DNA from: Chiloscyllium plagiosum
Lineage: Eukaryota
Assembly: GCF_004010195.1 (NCBI RefSeq)
Contig: NC_057752.1
Location: 9,064,766-9,127,192 of the forward strand
Direction: 5' to 3'
DNA length: 62,427 bases
Position numbers and translations under genes: made by a program. Shown here one piece after another: positions 1 to 12,534 of this stretch. The number at the start of each line of letters is the position of its first letter. Position 1 is the first letter of the stretch. The notes beneath the pieces were generated by a model that saw only the letters and a program-made list of their open reading frames with translations, made no database searches and was not told where the DNA came from.

Positions 1-420
1 CTACAAGAGGAAACATCGTTCCCCCATGTCAAGCCAACTCAGGTCATGTTTTAATAAGGTCACCTCTCATTCTTCTAAACTCCAATGGATATATGCCCAA
101 ACTTTTCTTAATAGAATCAGCCTAGTAAACCTTCTCTGAACTGCCTCCAAAGCAAGTATGCCACTCAAGTAAGGAGGCCAAAACTGCGCACATGACTCTA
201 GGTGCAGTCTCACTAAAGCTATGTGCAGTTGTAACAAAACTTCATTGCTTTCAAACTCAATTTCCCTTGCAATGAAGGCCAGCATTCCTAATTACTCGCT
301 GTAACCGCATGCTGACGTTTTGTGATTCATGTAGGAGGACACCCAGATTCCTTTGTACCACAGCCTCTCTCAATTTAAAGAATATTCTGTTTGCCAAAGT
401 GAACAACCTTGCATTTCCCT
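1..420 (-). mobile_element. Old CR1 LINE ORF2 3' fragment
   Basis: LVRLHLESCAQFWPPY...LEAVQRRFTRLI is the C-terminal motif of CR1 ORF2. Confidence 0.85.
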
Positions 421-1265
421 CGGTCAGTCCCTTTGCAGGCTCGGTGTCTTCTTTTGTATCGGAGTTAGGGGAGAAATAAAATGGGGAACTATATTGGGAA
501 AGCCATATAGAACAACTATGGAAAACACTTAAAACAGAGCTTGGCAGAATGCAGGAAAATATGTTCTGCTGAATGGAAAGAAGCTAAATATTATGGAACT
601 CCATAGATGGTAAAAACCTGAGGGAGCATTTGAGAATTAGAAAATAAGACCTACATCAAGTACATAGAAAACAGAGGAGGAGCATGGTAGAAACAAAAGA
701 AATTAGGAGTGAAGGTTAAAAAAAATTGGCAAGGCAAAGAGGAACTACAAAATTACATTATCAAGGAATCTTCAAAACACACTATTTTACAGGCACATCA
801 ATTAAAAAAAAAGGCGGCTGTAATAGGAGTGGAACCATTAAGGACAGACAGGATATACAGGTAATGATAGAGTGATATTAAATAATTATTTTGCCTCATT
901 ATTTACCAAGGAATGGTAACAGGTAGAATCGATATTAAATGATGATATTAGTGATGAGATAATTACATGCAAAATAAAAAGTGGGGTGTATTGAATAAAC
1001 AAACTCAGGATAAAAACCCTGGTTCAGGTGGATTTCATCCATGTATTTTGAAAGAATCTAGGGCAGAGACAGTAGAAGCATTACCACTCATATTTCAGAA
1101 TGGATTCAAAAAATGTGTTGTGCCAGAGAACTGAGAAATAACTAACTTAATTTCTATATTTAAGAGGAACAGACATGCCCAGAGAATTACAGACCAGTCA
1201 ATTTAACATAAATGTTAGGAAAAATGATGGAATCCTGACTAAAAGGACAGAATACAAGGACATCT

Positions 1266-1610
1266 TTGATTTGATTTATTTATTGACACATGTATTTTGT
1301 TATAAAATACAGTGAAAAGCATTGTAGTGTTGCCATTCTCCAACAACATCTTAAAACACAAATAAACCAAAACATAACATAAAGGCAGAAGAATAAAGAA
1401 AAAAAAGTGTTCAATTTTACAGTCCTTCTTGTTAAGTGCTCTGCCATGGGACTGGGGGCATGAGTCTCTTTGCCGAGGTGACAGGGATAGGGAGGGATGT
1501 AGGGACAGGAGGAGATGCCAGAGAATGGGGAGGGGGTGTGGGCAATGGGGGAGGTAACAGCAATAGAAAGGGGCTGTAGGGGACTGGAGGAAGACAGATA
1601 TAGAAGTAGA
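1266..1610 (-). mobile_element. Unclassified non-LTR 3' end fragment
   Basis: Ends AATAAATAAATCAAATCAAA on the minus strand and interrupts the CR1 reading frame. Confidence 0.5.
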
Positions 1611-1819
1611 AGTAATCAATAGTCAACATTGATTTCAACAAGGCAAAATCTTGTTTTCCCATTGAGGGCGATGGCAACAATTTACAGGAGCAAATTAATA
1701 AATTTGAAGAACAGGTAAATAATTAATAAATGAAGTTTCTGCACAAACAAATAGGAGGTATTGCATTTTGGTAGGAAGAACAGACAGATTTGTTTTTACT
1801 TGGAAGGTATAAATCTAAA

Positions 1820-2470
1820 GAGTCATACAGCATGGAAATAGAACCTTTGTTCCAACTCGTCCATACTGACCAGGTTTCTCAAACTAAACTAGTCCCATAC
1901 ACCTCTAAATCTTTCCTATTCATGTGTGCATGCAAATGTCTTTTAAATCTTGGAACTGTTCTTGCATCCACCACTTCCTCTGGCTGTTCCTTCCACATAT
2001 GATCTACTTTTGTGAGGAAAATGTTTTCCCTCAAGACCCTTTTAAATCTTTCCCCTCTCACCTTAAAAAATATGCCCTGTCGTTTTGAACTACCCTACCC
2101 TGGGAAAGAGATCTTGGCTATTCACCTTATTTATACCCCTTATGATTTTATAAACCTCTAATAGCGTCACCCCTCAACCTCGTACACTCCAATCAAAAAA
2201 GGCCAAACCTATACAGCCTCTCCGTACAAGTCAAAACATCCAGTCTCCGCAACATCCTTGTAAATTATTTCTGCACCCTCTCCAATTTAATAATATCCTT
2301 CCTATAACAGGGTGACCAGAACTGTACACATCACTCCAAAAGTGGCCCCATCAAAACCCTGTACAACCGCAACATGGCGTCCCAATTCCTACACTCAGTG
2401 GTCTGAGCAAGTGTACCAAATGCCTTCTTAATCACCCTGTCTACTTGCGATGCCAATTTCAAGGAACAGA
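1820..2470 (-). mobile_element. HER1/CR1 LINE 3' fragment
   Basis: Homologous to 6559-7200 and 62064-62427. TATGACTCT tail. Confidence 0.88.
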
Positions 2471-3896
2471 GTCAAAAAACAACGGGCTCTTGGAGTACAA
2501 ATACATCCATCATCAAACGTTGCAGCACATGTTAGCAAGACTATAAAGAGAGCAAGCCAAGCAATTAGTTTTACTGCTCGAGCAATAGAGTTAAAAAGTA
2601 AGGTTGTCATGCTGAATCTGTATGGGACACTGGTCAGACCACACTTAAGAATACTGTGTGCAGTTCCAGTCACTGTACTATAATAAGGATCCAGAGGTGC
2701 TGAGAAGGTGCAGAAATTTACAAAGGCAATCTTGGAAATGTGAGAGTTTACATATCAGGAAAGGACTTAAAGCCCGGGTCTCTTTTCCCTTGGACAAAAA
2801 TGCTGAGGAGTGATCCAATGGAGATGTTTAATATTCGGAAAGGTTTTGATAATATGGATACAGAAAATGTTTCTTCTGTCGGGAAAAGAATAACTGAGGC
2901 CATCAATGTAAAATGGTCACCAAGTAATCCAGCAAGGAATTCAGAAGAAACTTGTTCACCAAAGAGTGGTGAGAATGTAGAAGTCAATACCACAGGGAAT
3001 GGTTGAAGTGATTAGTTTAGATGAATTTAAAGGGCAGCTAGACAAATAGGATAGAGGTTTATAACGATAGATTTAGATTTGGAAAGATGGGAGGAGGCTC
3101 AGTGAAGGAAACACTGGCATGGACTGACTGAATTGAATGGATTTATGGCATAGAAACAAACCAATGTAACTTTAAGAAAATACAACACTGATAAGAAAGT
3201 ACTTATGGGATGTTGTGAAAAGCACTACATAAACAAAAGTCTTAAATTTTTCAAAAATGTGAAGGCGGGTTACAGGTCCTCAGCAAAGCCAGAAATCCAG
3301 TTGGCTCAAGACTTCGTAAATGCATGTAAATGTTCCTGTGATGAGAACTCAAGTTACTGATCATTAAAAGCCCACCATAATGAAAATGCTGCAACTGATG
3401 GAGGGCCAAACATTTTCAATCAAATAATAGTCAGCATCAGCACAACTAGTTCTTCAGGGTCCAATCATTTCTAAAGCGCTAAGGAAGGATTACATCAAAA
3501 TAAAATAGCTTGCCTCTTTTAAAAAAAAGTGTCTGACTCAGGAAAATGTGGTTAAAATTGAAGAGTCTTTCACTGAGATGAGCAAACAGCATTTATGAAC
3601 ACTACTCCCAACGTTCCCATGTTCAGGAAACAAATATATTACCTCATGGGTTTAAAGCTAGTTGTTCAACCTTCTAGAGGTGATAAGTCCATTTTCATCG
3701 AGCTTGAGTGAATGCTGCAGCTACAGAAGAAGTGTTGAACCCCACTTAATGACTTCCCACCTCCAGCTATTTGGAAAAGCAGCCGGTCAGCTCTTTGCAA
3801 GAAACTGTTATCACTCCAGCCTTCAATTCAAATGCTATAGCTGCCTGTCCCCAGCCTTGACCACTTGCTCATCTGTGCTGAAATGTTACTGTGAAT

Positions 3897-4238
3897 GGAT
3901 GTAGGTTTGCTCGCTGAGCTGGAAGGTTCATTTCCAGACGTTTCATCACCCTACTAGGTACATCTTCAGTGGGCCTCCAGGCGAAGCACTGCTGATGATT
4001 CCTGCTTTCTATTTATATGTTTGGGTTTCTTTGAGTTGGTGATGTCATTTCTGTGGCAGTGTCATTTCCTGTTCTTTTTCTCAGGAGGTGGTAGATGGGG
4101 TCTAACTCTGTTTGTTGATAGAGTTCCGGTTGGAATGCCATGCTTCCAGGAAATCTTGTTCATCTGGAAATGAATCTTCCAGCTCAGCGAGCAAACCTAC
4201 ATCCAGGACCTCAACCTGAGCTCCAAATCTCCTCAAAG
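3897..4238. mobile_element. Short fold-back Penelope-derived element (second family)
   Basis: Inverted arms 3897-3938 and 4163-4204. 12-bp TSD GTTACTGTGAAT (3885-3896, 4239-4250). Homologous to 26520-26800. Confidence 0.88.
3934..3972 (-). ncRNA. Minimal type I hammerhead ribozyme motif
   Basis: CCA-CTGAAGA-TGTACCTAGTAGGGTGAT-GAAAC-GTC-TGG. Core intact; stem II imperfect. Confidence 0.65.
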
Positions 4239-4386
4239 GTTACTGTGAATTCTTCATGATTAACGTCCTCTGATTAAAGTTCAAAAGAAGCAACTTGCAG
4301 AGTTACTGAGCAAACCCCAAATCACTAAGCAACTTCAAACATTCTCTCCAGCACTGGACACCCATTACATAGCCTATTTGACATTC

Positions 4387-5699
4387 GACTGACTGAACTG
4401 GTCCTCACCCTGAACAACTTCTCTTTCCAATCCTCCCACTTCCTCCAAACGAAAGGAGTAGCCATGGGCACCCGCATGGGCCCCAGCTATGCCTGCCTCT
4501 TCGTAGGATATGTGGAACAATCCATCTTCCGCAACTACACTGGCCCCACCCCCCACCTTTTCCTCCGCTACATCGATGACTGTATCGGCGCCGCCTCGTG
4601 CTCCCACGAGGAGGTTGAACAGTTCATCCACTTCACCAACACCTTCCACCCCGACCTCAAATTCACCTGGACAGTCCCAGATTCCTCCCTCCCCTTCCTC
4701 GACCTCTCTATTTCTATCTCAGGCGACCGAACCAACACGGACATCTACTACAAACCAACCGACTCCCACAGCTACCTGGACTACACCTCCTCCCATCCTG
4801 CCCCCTGCAAAAACGCCATCCCATTCTCCCAATTCCTTCGACTCCGCCGCATCTGCTCCCAGGAGGACCAGTTACAAAAACGCACATCCCAGATGGCCTC
4901 CTTCTCCAAGGACCGCAATTTCCCCCCCGACATGGTCGACGATGCCCTCCACCGCATCTCTCCCACTTCCCGATCCTCCGCCCTTGAACCCCGCCCCTCC
5001 AACCACCACCAGGACAGAACCCCACTGGTCCACACCTACCACCCCACCAATCTCCATGTACAGCCCATCATCCGCCGTCACTTCCGCCACCTCCAAACAG
5101 ACCCCAGCACCAAGGATATATTTCCCTCCCCTCCCCTATCAGCTTTCCGTAGAGACCACTCCCTCCGCGACTCCCTTGTCAGATCCACACACCCCACCGA
5201 CCCAACCTCCACTCCCGGCACCTTCCCTTGCAACCGCAGGAGGTCCAACACTTGCGCCCACACCTCCCCCCTCACTTCTCTCCAAGGCCCCAAAGGAAAC
5301 TTCCATATCCGCCACAGATTCACCTGCACCTCCACCCACATCATCTACTGCATCCGCTGCAGCCGGTGTGGCCTCCTCTATATTGGGGAGACAGGCCGCC
5401 TACTTGCGGAGCGATTCAGGGAGCACCTCTGGACCACCCGGACGAACCAACCCAACCAACCTGTAGCACAGCATCTCAACTCCCCCTCCCACTCCACCGA
5501 GGATATGCAGGTCATTGGACTCATCCACCGCCAAACCACAACAACCCGACGGTCGGAGGAGGAGCTCCTCATTCCTGAAGAAGGGCTAATGCCCGAAACG
5601 TCGATTCTCCTGTTCCCTAGATGCTGCCTGACCTGCTGCACTTTTCCAGCAACACATTTCCATCTCTGATCTCCAGCATCTGCAGACCTCACTTTCTCC
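4387..5699 (+). mobile_element. Penelope-like element, 5'-truncated (RT + GIY-YIG + hammerhead-bearing pLTR)
   Basis: Open 401-aa ORF 4464-5669 with MGTRMGPSYACLF, YIDD, LPFLD and IYCIRCSRCGLLYIGETGR. The terminal repeat contains CTGAAGAAGGGCTAATGCCCGAAACGTC. Confidence 0.93.
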
Positions 5700-5712
5700 C
5701 CATTTGACATTC

Positions 5713-6107
5713 AGAGTGTGGTCCAGTGGATAGTCTGGGAGTTGATGGTTTGGTGATGGGAGGTGAAGTCATGGTTGAGAGGGGGAATAGGAGGAGGTGT
5801 CTGCGAGTTGGCGCCTGGCTTCAGTGGTGTAGTGGTGGGTGCGCCAAACTACTACTGCTCCCCCATTGTCTGCGGGTTTGATGGTGAGGTTGGGGTTGGA
5901 GCGGAGGGAGTGGAGGGCTGAATGTTGTGAGGACAGGAGGTTGGAGTGGGTGAGGGGGGGTGGACAGGTTGAGGCAGTCGATATCACGGCTGCAGTTTGA
6001 AATGAAGAGGTCAATGGTGGGTAACAGGCCAGCACAGGGTGTCCAGGTGGATGGGGTGTGTTGGAGGCGGGAGAAAGGGTCCTCAGTGGGTTGTGGATCC
6101 AGTTGAT
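5713..6107 (-). mobile_element. Inverted Penelope-like fragment (N-terminal/early RT region)
   Basis: Encodes LHSLRSNPNLTIKPADNGGAVVVW (the KPADKG motif). Flanked by CCATTTGACATTCAG at 5700-5714 and 6108-6122. Confidence 0.88.
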
Positions 6108-6185
6108 CCATTTGACATTCAGTTCCACTAAAGTCAACTGAACTGAAGTTAGGCAGGGAGTGTAACAGGACGTTGAAATGATATT

Positions 6186-6311
6186 AAATAAAAACTGCAA
6201 GAACTGCGGATGCTGTAAATCAGAAACAAAAACAGAAGTTTCTGGAAAAGCTTAGCAGGCTGGCGGCAGCAATGAATAGAAATCAAAGTTAACGTTTTGG
6301 GTCCGATGACC
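6186..6311 (-). mobile_element. Short Penelope pLTR, third family
   Basis: Homologous to 25285-25410. TSD AAATGATATT (6176-6185, 6312-6321). Partial hammerhead stem II/III. Confidence 0.8.
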
Positions 6312-6558
6312 AAATGATATTTCCCATTTTGAATACTGCTGAAAACCCCAAAATTAAACCCAAAGGGGAAATCAGTTAAAATTGGCTAAGCTACCAGCCA
6401 ATAGGATTATTAGTTGCACCAGCACAAACAGCAACAAAGTGTATGGCTCCCAGCTTCCCTGTTCTGAAGGCATCTCTTATTGTGCATTTATCAAGGCGAG
6501 GTCAATTCAAGCTGACAAACAAGAACATGTTCACTTTCAGAACTCAGAGCAGATAATC

Positions 6559-7950
6559 ATAGAGTCATAGTCATAGAGATCTACAGCACAGAAACAGACC
6601 CTTCGGTCCAACTCATCCATGCTGACCAGATATTGCAACCCAATCTAGTCCCACCTGGCCCATATCCCTCCAAACCCTTCCTATTCAATATACCCTTCCA
6701 GATGCCTTTTAAATGTTGCTATTGTACTAGCCTCCACCACTTCCTCTGGCAGTTCATTTCCATATATGCACCACCCTCTGCGTGACAAATTTGCCCCTTA
6801 GGTCTCTTTTATATCTTTCCCCTCTCACCCTAAACCTATGCCCTCTAGTTCTGGACTCCCTCACCCCAGGAAAAAGACTTTGTCTATTTATACTATCCAT
6901 GCCCCTCATGATTTTATAAACCTCTATAAGGTCACCCCTCAGCCTCCAGGGAAAACAGCCCTTGCCTATTCGATCTCTCCCTATAGCTCAAATCCTCCAA
7001 CCATGGCAACATCCTTGTAAATCTTTTCTGAACCCTTGTAAGTTACACAACATCTTTCCAATAAGAAGGAGACCAGAATTGCACGCAATATTCCAACAGT
7101 GGCCTAACCTGTACAGCCACAGCAGGACCTCCCAACTCCTATACTCATACTAAACACCTTCTTCACTATCCTATATACCTGTGACTCCACTTCCAAGGAG
7201 CTATGAACTTGCACTCCAAGGTCTCTTTGTTCAGCAACACTCCCTAGGACCTTACCATTAAGTGTATGAACCTGCACTCCAAAGTCTCTTTTTTCAGCAA
7301 CACTCCCTAGGACCTTACATTAAGTGTATAAGTCATGCTAAGATTGGCTTTCCCAAAATGCAGCACCTCACATTTATCCAAATTAAACTCCATCTGCCAC
7401 TTCTCGGCCCATTGGCCCATCTGATCAAGATCCCGGTGTAATCTGAGGTAACCCTCTTCGCTGTCCACTACACCTCCAATTTTGGTGTTATCCGCAAACT
7501 TACTAACTGTACCTCTTATGTTCACAGCCAAATCATTAATATAAATGACAAAAAGTAGTGGACCCAACACTGATCCTTGTGGCGCTCCGCTGGTCACAGG
7601 CCTCCAGTCTGAAAAACAACCCTCCACCACCACCCTCTGTCTTCTACCTTTGAGCCAGTTCTGGATCCAAATGGTGAGTTCTCCCTGTATTCCATAAGAT
7701 CTAAACTTACTAACCAGTCTCCCATGGGGAACCTTGTCGAACCCCTTACTGAAGTCCATAAAGATAACATCTACCACTCTGCCCTAATCAATCCTCTTTG
7801 TTACTTCTTCAAAAAACTCAATCAAGTTTGTGAGATATGATTTCCCACACACAAAGCCATGTTGACTATCCCTAATCAGTCCTTGCCTTTCCAAATACAT
7901 GTACATCCTGTCCCTCAGGATTCCCTCCAACAACTTGCCCACCACCGACA
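6559..7950 (-). mobile_element. HER1/CR1 LINE, RT and 3' end
   Basis: DFSKGFDKVPH, PQGSVLGPLLF, KFADNTK and SQHGF motifs; (CTATGA)n tail. Confidence 0.95.
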
Positions 7951-8047
7951 TTAGTGAATATTGTACAGTATACAGTTTCTCTTTATACTGCAATAGTAGC
8001 TGAAATATCAGCCATCAGATGTTACATGATCGTTTGTCCACAGTATG

Positions 8048-8853
8048 TTTGGGCAGAAAGGTGGCAAATGGAGTTCAATGTAGGTAAGTGTGAGGTGATT
8101 CACTTTGGTAAGAGTAACAAAAAGATGGGGTACTGGGCTAATGGTCGGATACTTGGTAGTGTGGATGAGCAGAGGGATCTTGGTGTCCATGTACACAGAT
8201 CTCTGAAAGTTGCCACCCAGGTAAATAGTGCGGTGAGGAAGGCATATGGCGTACTGGCTTTTATTGGTAGAGGAATTGAGTTCCGGAGTTCTGAGGTCAT
8301 GTTGCAGTTGTATAAGAGTCTGGTGCGGCCGCACCTGGGGTATTGTGTGCAGTTTTGGTCGCCATACTATCGGAAGGATGTGGAGGCACTGGAACGGGTG
8401 CAGAGGAGGTTTACCGGGATGTTGCCTGGTATGGTAGGAAGATCGTATGAGGTAAGGCTGAGGCACTTGGGGTTGTTTTCATTGGAGAAAAGAAGGTTTA
8501 GGGGTGACTTGATAGAGGTGTATAAGATGATTAGGGGTTTAGATAGGGTTGACCGTGAGAACCTTTTTCCACGTATGGAGTCAGTTATTACAAGGGGGCA
8601 TAGCTTTAAATTAAGTGGTGGTGGTATAGGACAGATGTTAGGGGTAGGTTCTTTACTCAGCGAGTCGTGAGATCATGGAATGCCCTGCCAGTAGCAGTGG
8701 TGGATTCTCCCTCATTATGGGCATTTAAACGGGCATTGGATAGGCATATGGAGGATAGAGGGCTAGTGTAGGTTAGATGGGCTTGGATCGGCGCAACATC
8801 GAGGGCCGAAGGGCCTGTTCTGCGCTGTATTCTTCTATGTTCTATGTTCTATA
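8048..8853 (+). mobile_element. Young CR1 LINE 3' fragment of a different subfamily, lying within the HER1 copy
   Basis: Open frame WAERWQMEFNVGKC...LVRPHLGYCVQFWSP; (TTCTATG)n tail. Confidence 0.92.
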
Positions 8854-8864
8854 CTTTCTCTGGA

Positions 8865-9770
8865 CTCTAATTGTCTAATTTCTGAAGACATCCCATTTTC
8901 CAGCTGTCCCTTTACCTGCGAACCTCTGTCCCCAGTCAGCTTTTGAAAGTTCTTGCCTAATACCGTCAAAATTAGCCTTTCTCCAATTTAGAACTTCAAT
9001 GTTTGGATGCGATCTCTCCTTTTCCATCACTATTTTAAAACTAATAGAATTGTGGTCGCTGGCCCCAAAGTGCCCCCACTGACACTTCAGTCACCTGCCC
9101 TGCCTTATTTCTCAAGAGTAGGTCAAGTTTCGCACTCTCTCTAGTAGGTACATCCACATACTGAATCAGAAGATTTTCTTGTACACACTTAACAAATTCC
9201 TCTCCATCTAAACCCTTAACTCTATGGCAGTCCCAGTTTATGTTTGAAAAGTTAAAATCCCCTACCATAACCACCCTATTATTCTTACAGATAGCTGAGA
9301 TCTCCCTACAAATTTGTTTCTCAATTTCCCTGACTATTAGGGGGTCTATAATACAACCCCAATAAGGTGATCATCCCTTTCTTATTTCTCAGTTCCACCC
9401 AAACAACTTCCCTGGGTGTATTTCTGGGAATATCCTCCTCAGCACAGCTGTAATGCTATCCCTTATCAAAAATGCCACTCCCCCTCCTCTCTTGCCTCCC
9501 TTTCTATCCTTCCTGTAGCATTTGTATCCTGGAACATTAAGCTGTCAGTCCTGTCCATCCCTGAGCCATGTTTCTGTAATTGCTATGATATCCCAGTCCC
9601 ACGTTCCTAACCGTGCCCTGAGTTCATCTGCCTTCCCTGTTAGGCCCCTTGCATTGAAATAATTAAACTGCATTTATGTTCCAGGATACAAATGCTTCAG
9701 GAAGGATAGAAAGGGAGGTAAGAGTGGAGGGGGAGTGGCATTTTTGATAAGGGATAGCATTACAGCATAA
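8865..9770 (-). mobile_element. CR1 LINE endonuclease region with a short inverted 5' piece
   Basis: VMVGDFNFSNINW and LDLLL motifs. 9678-9770 is a plus-strand inverted copy of ~9450-9540. Confidence 0.88.
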
Positions 9771-9774
9771 TGAC

Positions 9775-10073
9775 TGTCGTTAGCACTGTCGCTTCACAGT
9801 ACCAGGGACCCTGGTTCGATTCCAGCCTTGGGTGACTGTCTGTGTGGAGTTTGCACGTTCTCCCAGTGCCTGCGTGGGTTTCCTCCAGGTGCTCGGATTT
9901 CCTCCCACAGTCCAAAGATGTGCAGGTCAGGTGAATTGGCCATACTAAATTGCCCATAGTGTTAGGTGCATTAGTCAGAGGGAAACGGGTCTGGGTGGAT
10001 TGCTCTTTGGAGGGTCGGTGTGGACTGGTTGGGTCGAAGACCCTGTTTTCACACTGTAGGGAATCTAATCTAA
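9775..10073 (+). mobile_element. HE1-type tRNA-derived SINE
   Basis: B box GGTTCGATTCC, GGAGTTTGCACGTTCTCCC core, CR1-like 3' end and (AATCT)n tail. Confidence 0.9.
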
Positions 10074-12534
10074 CCACAACCTTCTCAAGGGCAGTGAGGG
10101 ATGGGCAATGAATATTGGCCGAGCTAATGATGCCCACATCAAATAAATAATTTTAAAAGTGGCCCATGTGTAAAACATGCTGCTGATTTACAATTAGCTT
10201 GTTTCACTACTGGAGTGGACTCAAGACACTGCCACTATTTCCCAGGAAATATTGGAAAAGGAGATTTAAAGGACGCTTTTGATTTAAATGAGCAAATAGA
10301 AAAGTTTTATTCGTTCAATTGGGCAATGAGAGATAAAGGGTCATTAATTTAAAATTGTTTTAAAGAAGAGTCAGGAGAAGGATAAAGCTAACAGTCAGGT
10401 GCCACCATTAATCAAGTAGACTTTAGTCAATATGGGAAACAACATTGAGTGGATGGATAGAGAACCTGACTGTAGCTTGATCTTTCTTCCTCTTAGGGTA
10501 ATTTGGATGTTGGAAGAGCAGCCCAGTAAAGATGAGATGCATGATAGCCATCAACTGGAAAATATTGAGTATTAAATAATTTATTTGTTTGCTCAGCTCC
10601 TTTTAGCTGGTGAAAGCTTAAAAGGGACCAAGTTTTTGACAACACTACAGCCAAGATAATAGGGCAATTGAGGGTTTATTAGTTGACTTACATTAATTGT
10701 TGAATAGAGGATTACTTGTAGTGAATTGAAAAAAATTGCAGTATTGTGTTGTCATTTTGTGTAATTGAAAACATTGTGCCTTTTAAAACCATCTCCATAA
10801 ACAGGGTGCAAGTTGCATAGAATCAAGATTGTTTAATGCTCTGTTAAATATTGGCTTCTGATTGTATTTTGCCTAGTTTAAAAGGGATCAAACAACTGGC
10901 ATTTGATGTCTATTCACACAAATATCCAAAACTTACCTGTTCGGAAACCAAAGTGTGGAAGATTTAATGTTTAAACGTGCATTTCTCACTCAGCTGCTGA
11001 CAATCTTGAATCTTGTGTATAGTCCTACAGATGCTCATCACTTGCCAGTCATCAATTGATACGACCATCCTTCACTCAGCCATGCTGGACTGCAGGCAGA
11101 CCACTTAACAATGGAGGCCAAAACCGATAATTCAAAGTTCTCCACATCACACATTCACTTTTCAGAAGATAACATTCAGGAGGAGTGTTACAATACTTTT
11201 TACCTCTCTGCTCTAGGAGATACCAAGACCAATTCAATCCCAGCTGTGGTTAAAAACCAAATAGCAACTGTTAATCAAATTGATGCTCAGGTCAGCATGT
11301 GGTGATTCAAAATGACTGAACCATTAGAGGATGGATGAGCTCAAGCATTTTCACCAGTGGTAGTTTGACCAAAAACAGGCACAATGTGGGAAGACTGACT
11401 GGGAAAAGTCACATTTTAGGGAATCAGAGTTCCTGATCTTACTGCGGGGGGGGGATTTAGTATTTTGCTACAGAGAGCTGATAGTACCTGGTTCGTTCAG
11501 TTAGCTTGATGGCTTTTGTGAGATTCAAAATGCCAACACTGCAGGTTGATATCCTCTTCTAGTTGAGATAGACTTGGGACCTGCCCCCTCACCCCTTCCC
11601 CATGTTTGATGCAGAACAGTTTCCTTCAAGTTATATAACCAATTGTTTCTCTCTGATAGTGTTGCCGGTCATCCCTCAGACTCTGAGTAATTACCTACTT
11701 ACCTAAAGCTGAAATTGTTGGGAGCAGGTGGGCAGGGAAGAACTATAAATTAGTAATTCAGACTAAGTTTTGCTGTGAAGTTACAAACCTTAAGGAAAGC
11801 CTTGAATATTGGTTAGTACCCCTTGGCCAGGTTACAGTAAATAGAGATTCGAAATGCTATGTCCTGGAGTGCGTCTCATGTCAAGTCCAGCTGAGAAGCC
11901 AAAATGAAACTGCAAGTTTTCTCAAAAATGCTAAGATTTCAATTTCTTTACAATAGAAAAACCCTTGGATCCATAGCCCCAGCATAGATTTCTCTACCAA
12001 TTTTACAGTTCTCAGTAGTCTATCCATACAGTAAAGCATGTCAGGACTTACAATATAAGGTGATGAATTGTCTGAAATGTTTCTTTCTCCATCCTCGCAA
12101 TTATCAACACAAATCTTGCACTTCGAAAGCTGCTTTGACACCGGCCCTCAATTCAACTAAATTAGAGGACACAGGTGTCTATGAGTTAAAGGTGTTTCCA
12201 CTGTTGAGTCCAAAACCCTCATCCCAGTACACTTAGGCCCACACGAAGCAAAAAGAACAGGGCTCATCAGTAAACTGATAAGGGAGCAACGTTTTAATTA
12301 TGGCACTGCACTTACATTATTCATCTGAAAGCATTTCGTACATCTTCCTCTCAAACTAAAAAGAATCCCTGAGAAGTATATTCTTAAGCTGTCCTAACTT
12401 TCTCATCTACTCACTGGCTCTTGGAAAGATTTTCTCTTTTTTTACCAGAAATACCTATCATCTTGCTTTAGTTACGCACTGTAGCTGCGAATCCAAATTG
12501 AAAGCTTGTCCCTTTAATTGCTTTTGACACTTAC

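Larger units (their letters stand above)
790..3150 (+). mobile_element. Old CR1 LINE, interrupted by younger insertions at ~1266-1610 and 1820-2470
   Basis: RT motifs (PENYRPV ~1180, SQH ~1620, LYGTLVRPHL ~2620) continue across the insertions. Confidence 0.8.

Noticed and set aside
4510..5466. 318-aa Pro/Thr/Ser-rich mucin-like ORF and overlapping antisense ORFs
   Set aside because: Alternative frames of the C-rich Penelope coding strand.
7954..8670. 238-aa ORF as a host gene
   Set aside because: It is the C-terminus of CR1 ORF2 with flanking read-in.
10937..11024. Possible extra minus-strand exon (CTGTAG acceptor, CAG|GTAAGT donor)
   Set aside because: Stops in all three frames, a poor pyrimidine tract and no CSRNP similarity. 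It could only be a poison exon, and there is no evidence for that.
12458..12534. ORF extension RKCQKQLKGQAF... after the CSRNP segment
   Set aside because: Lies beyond the GTAAGT donor, so it is intron read-through.
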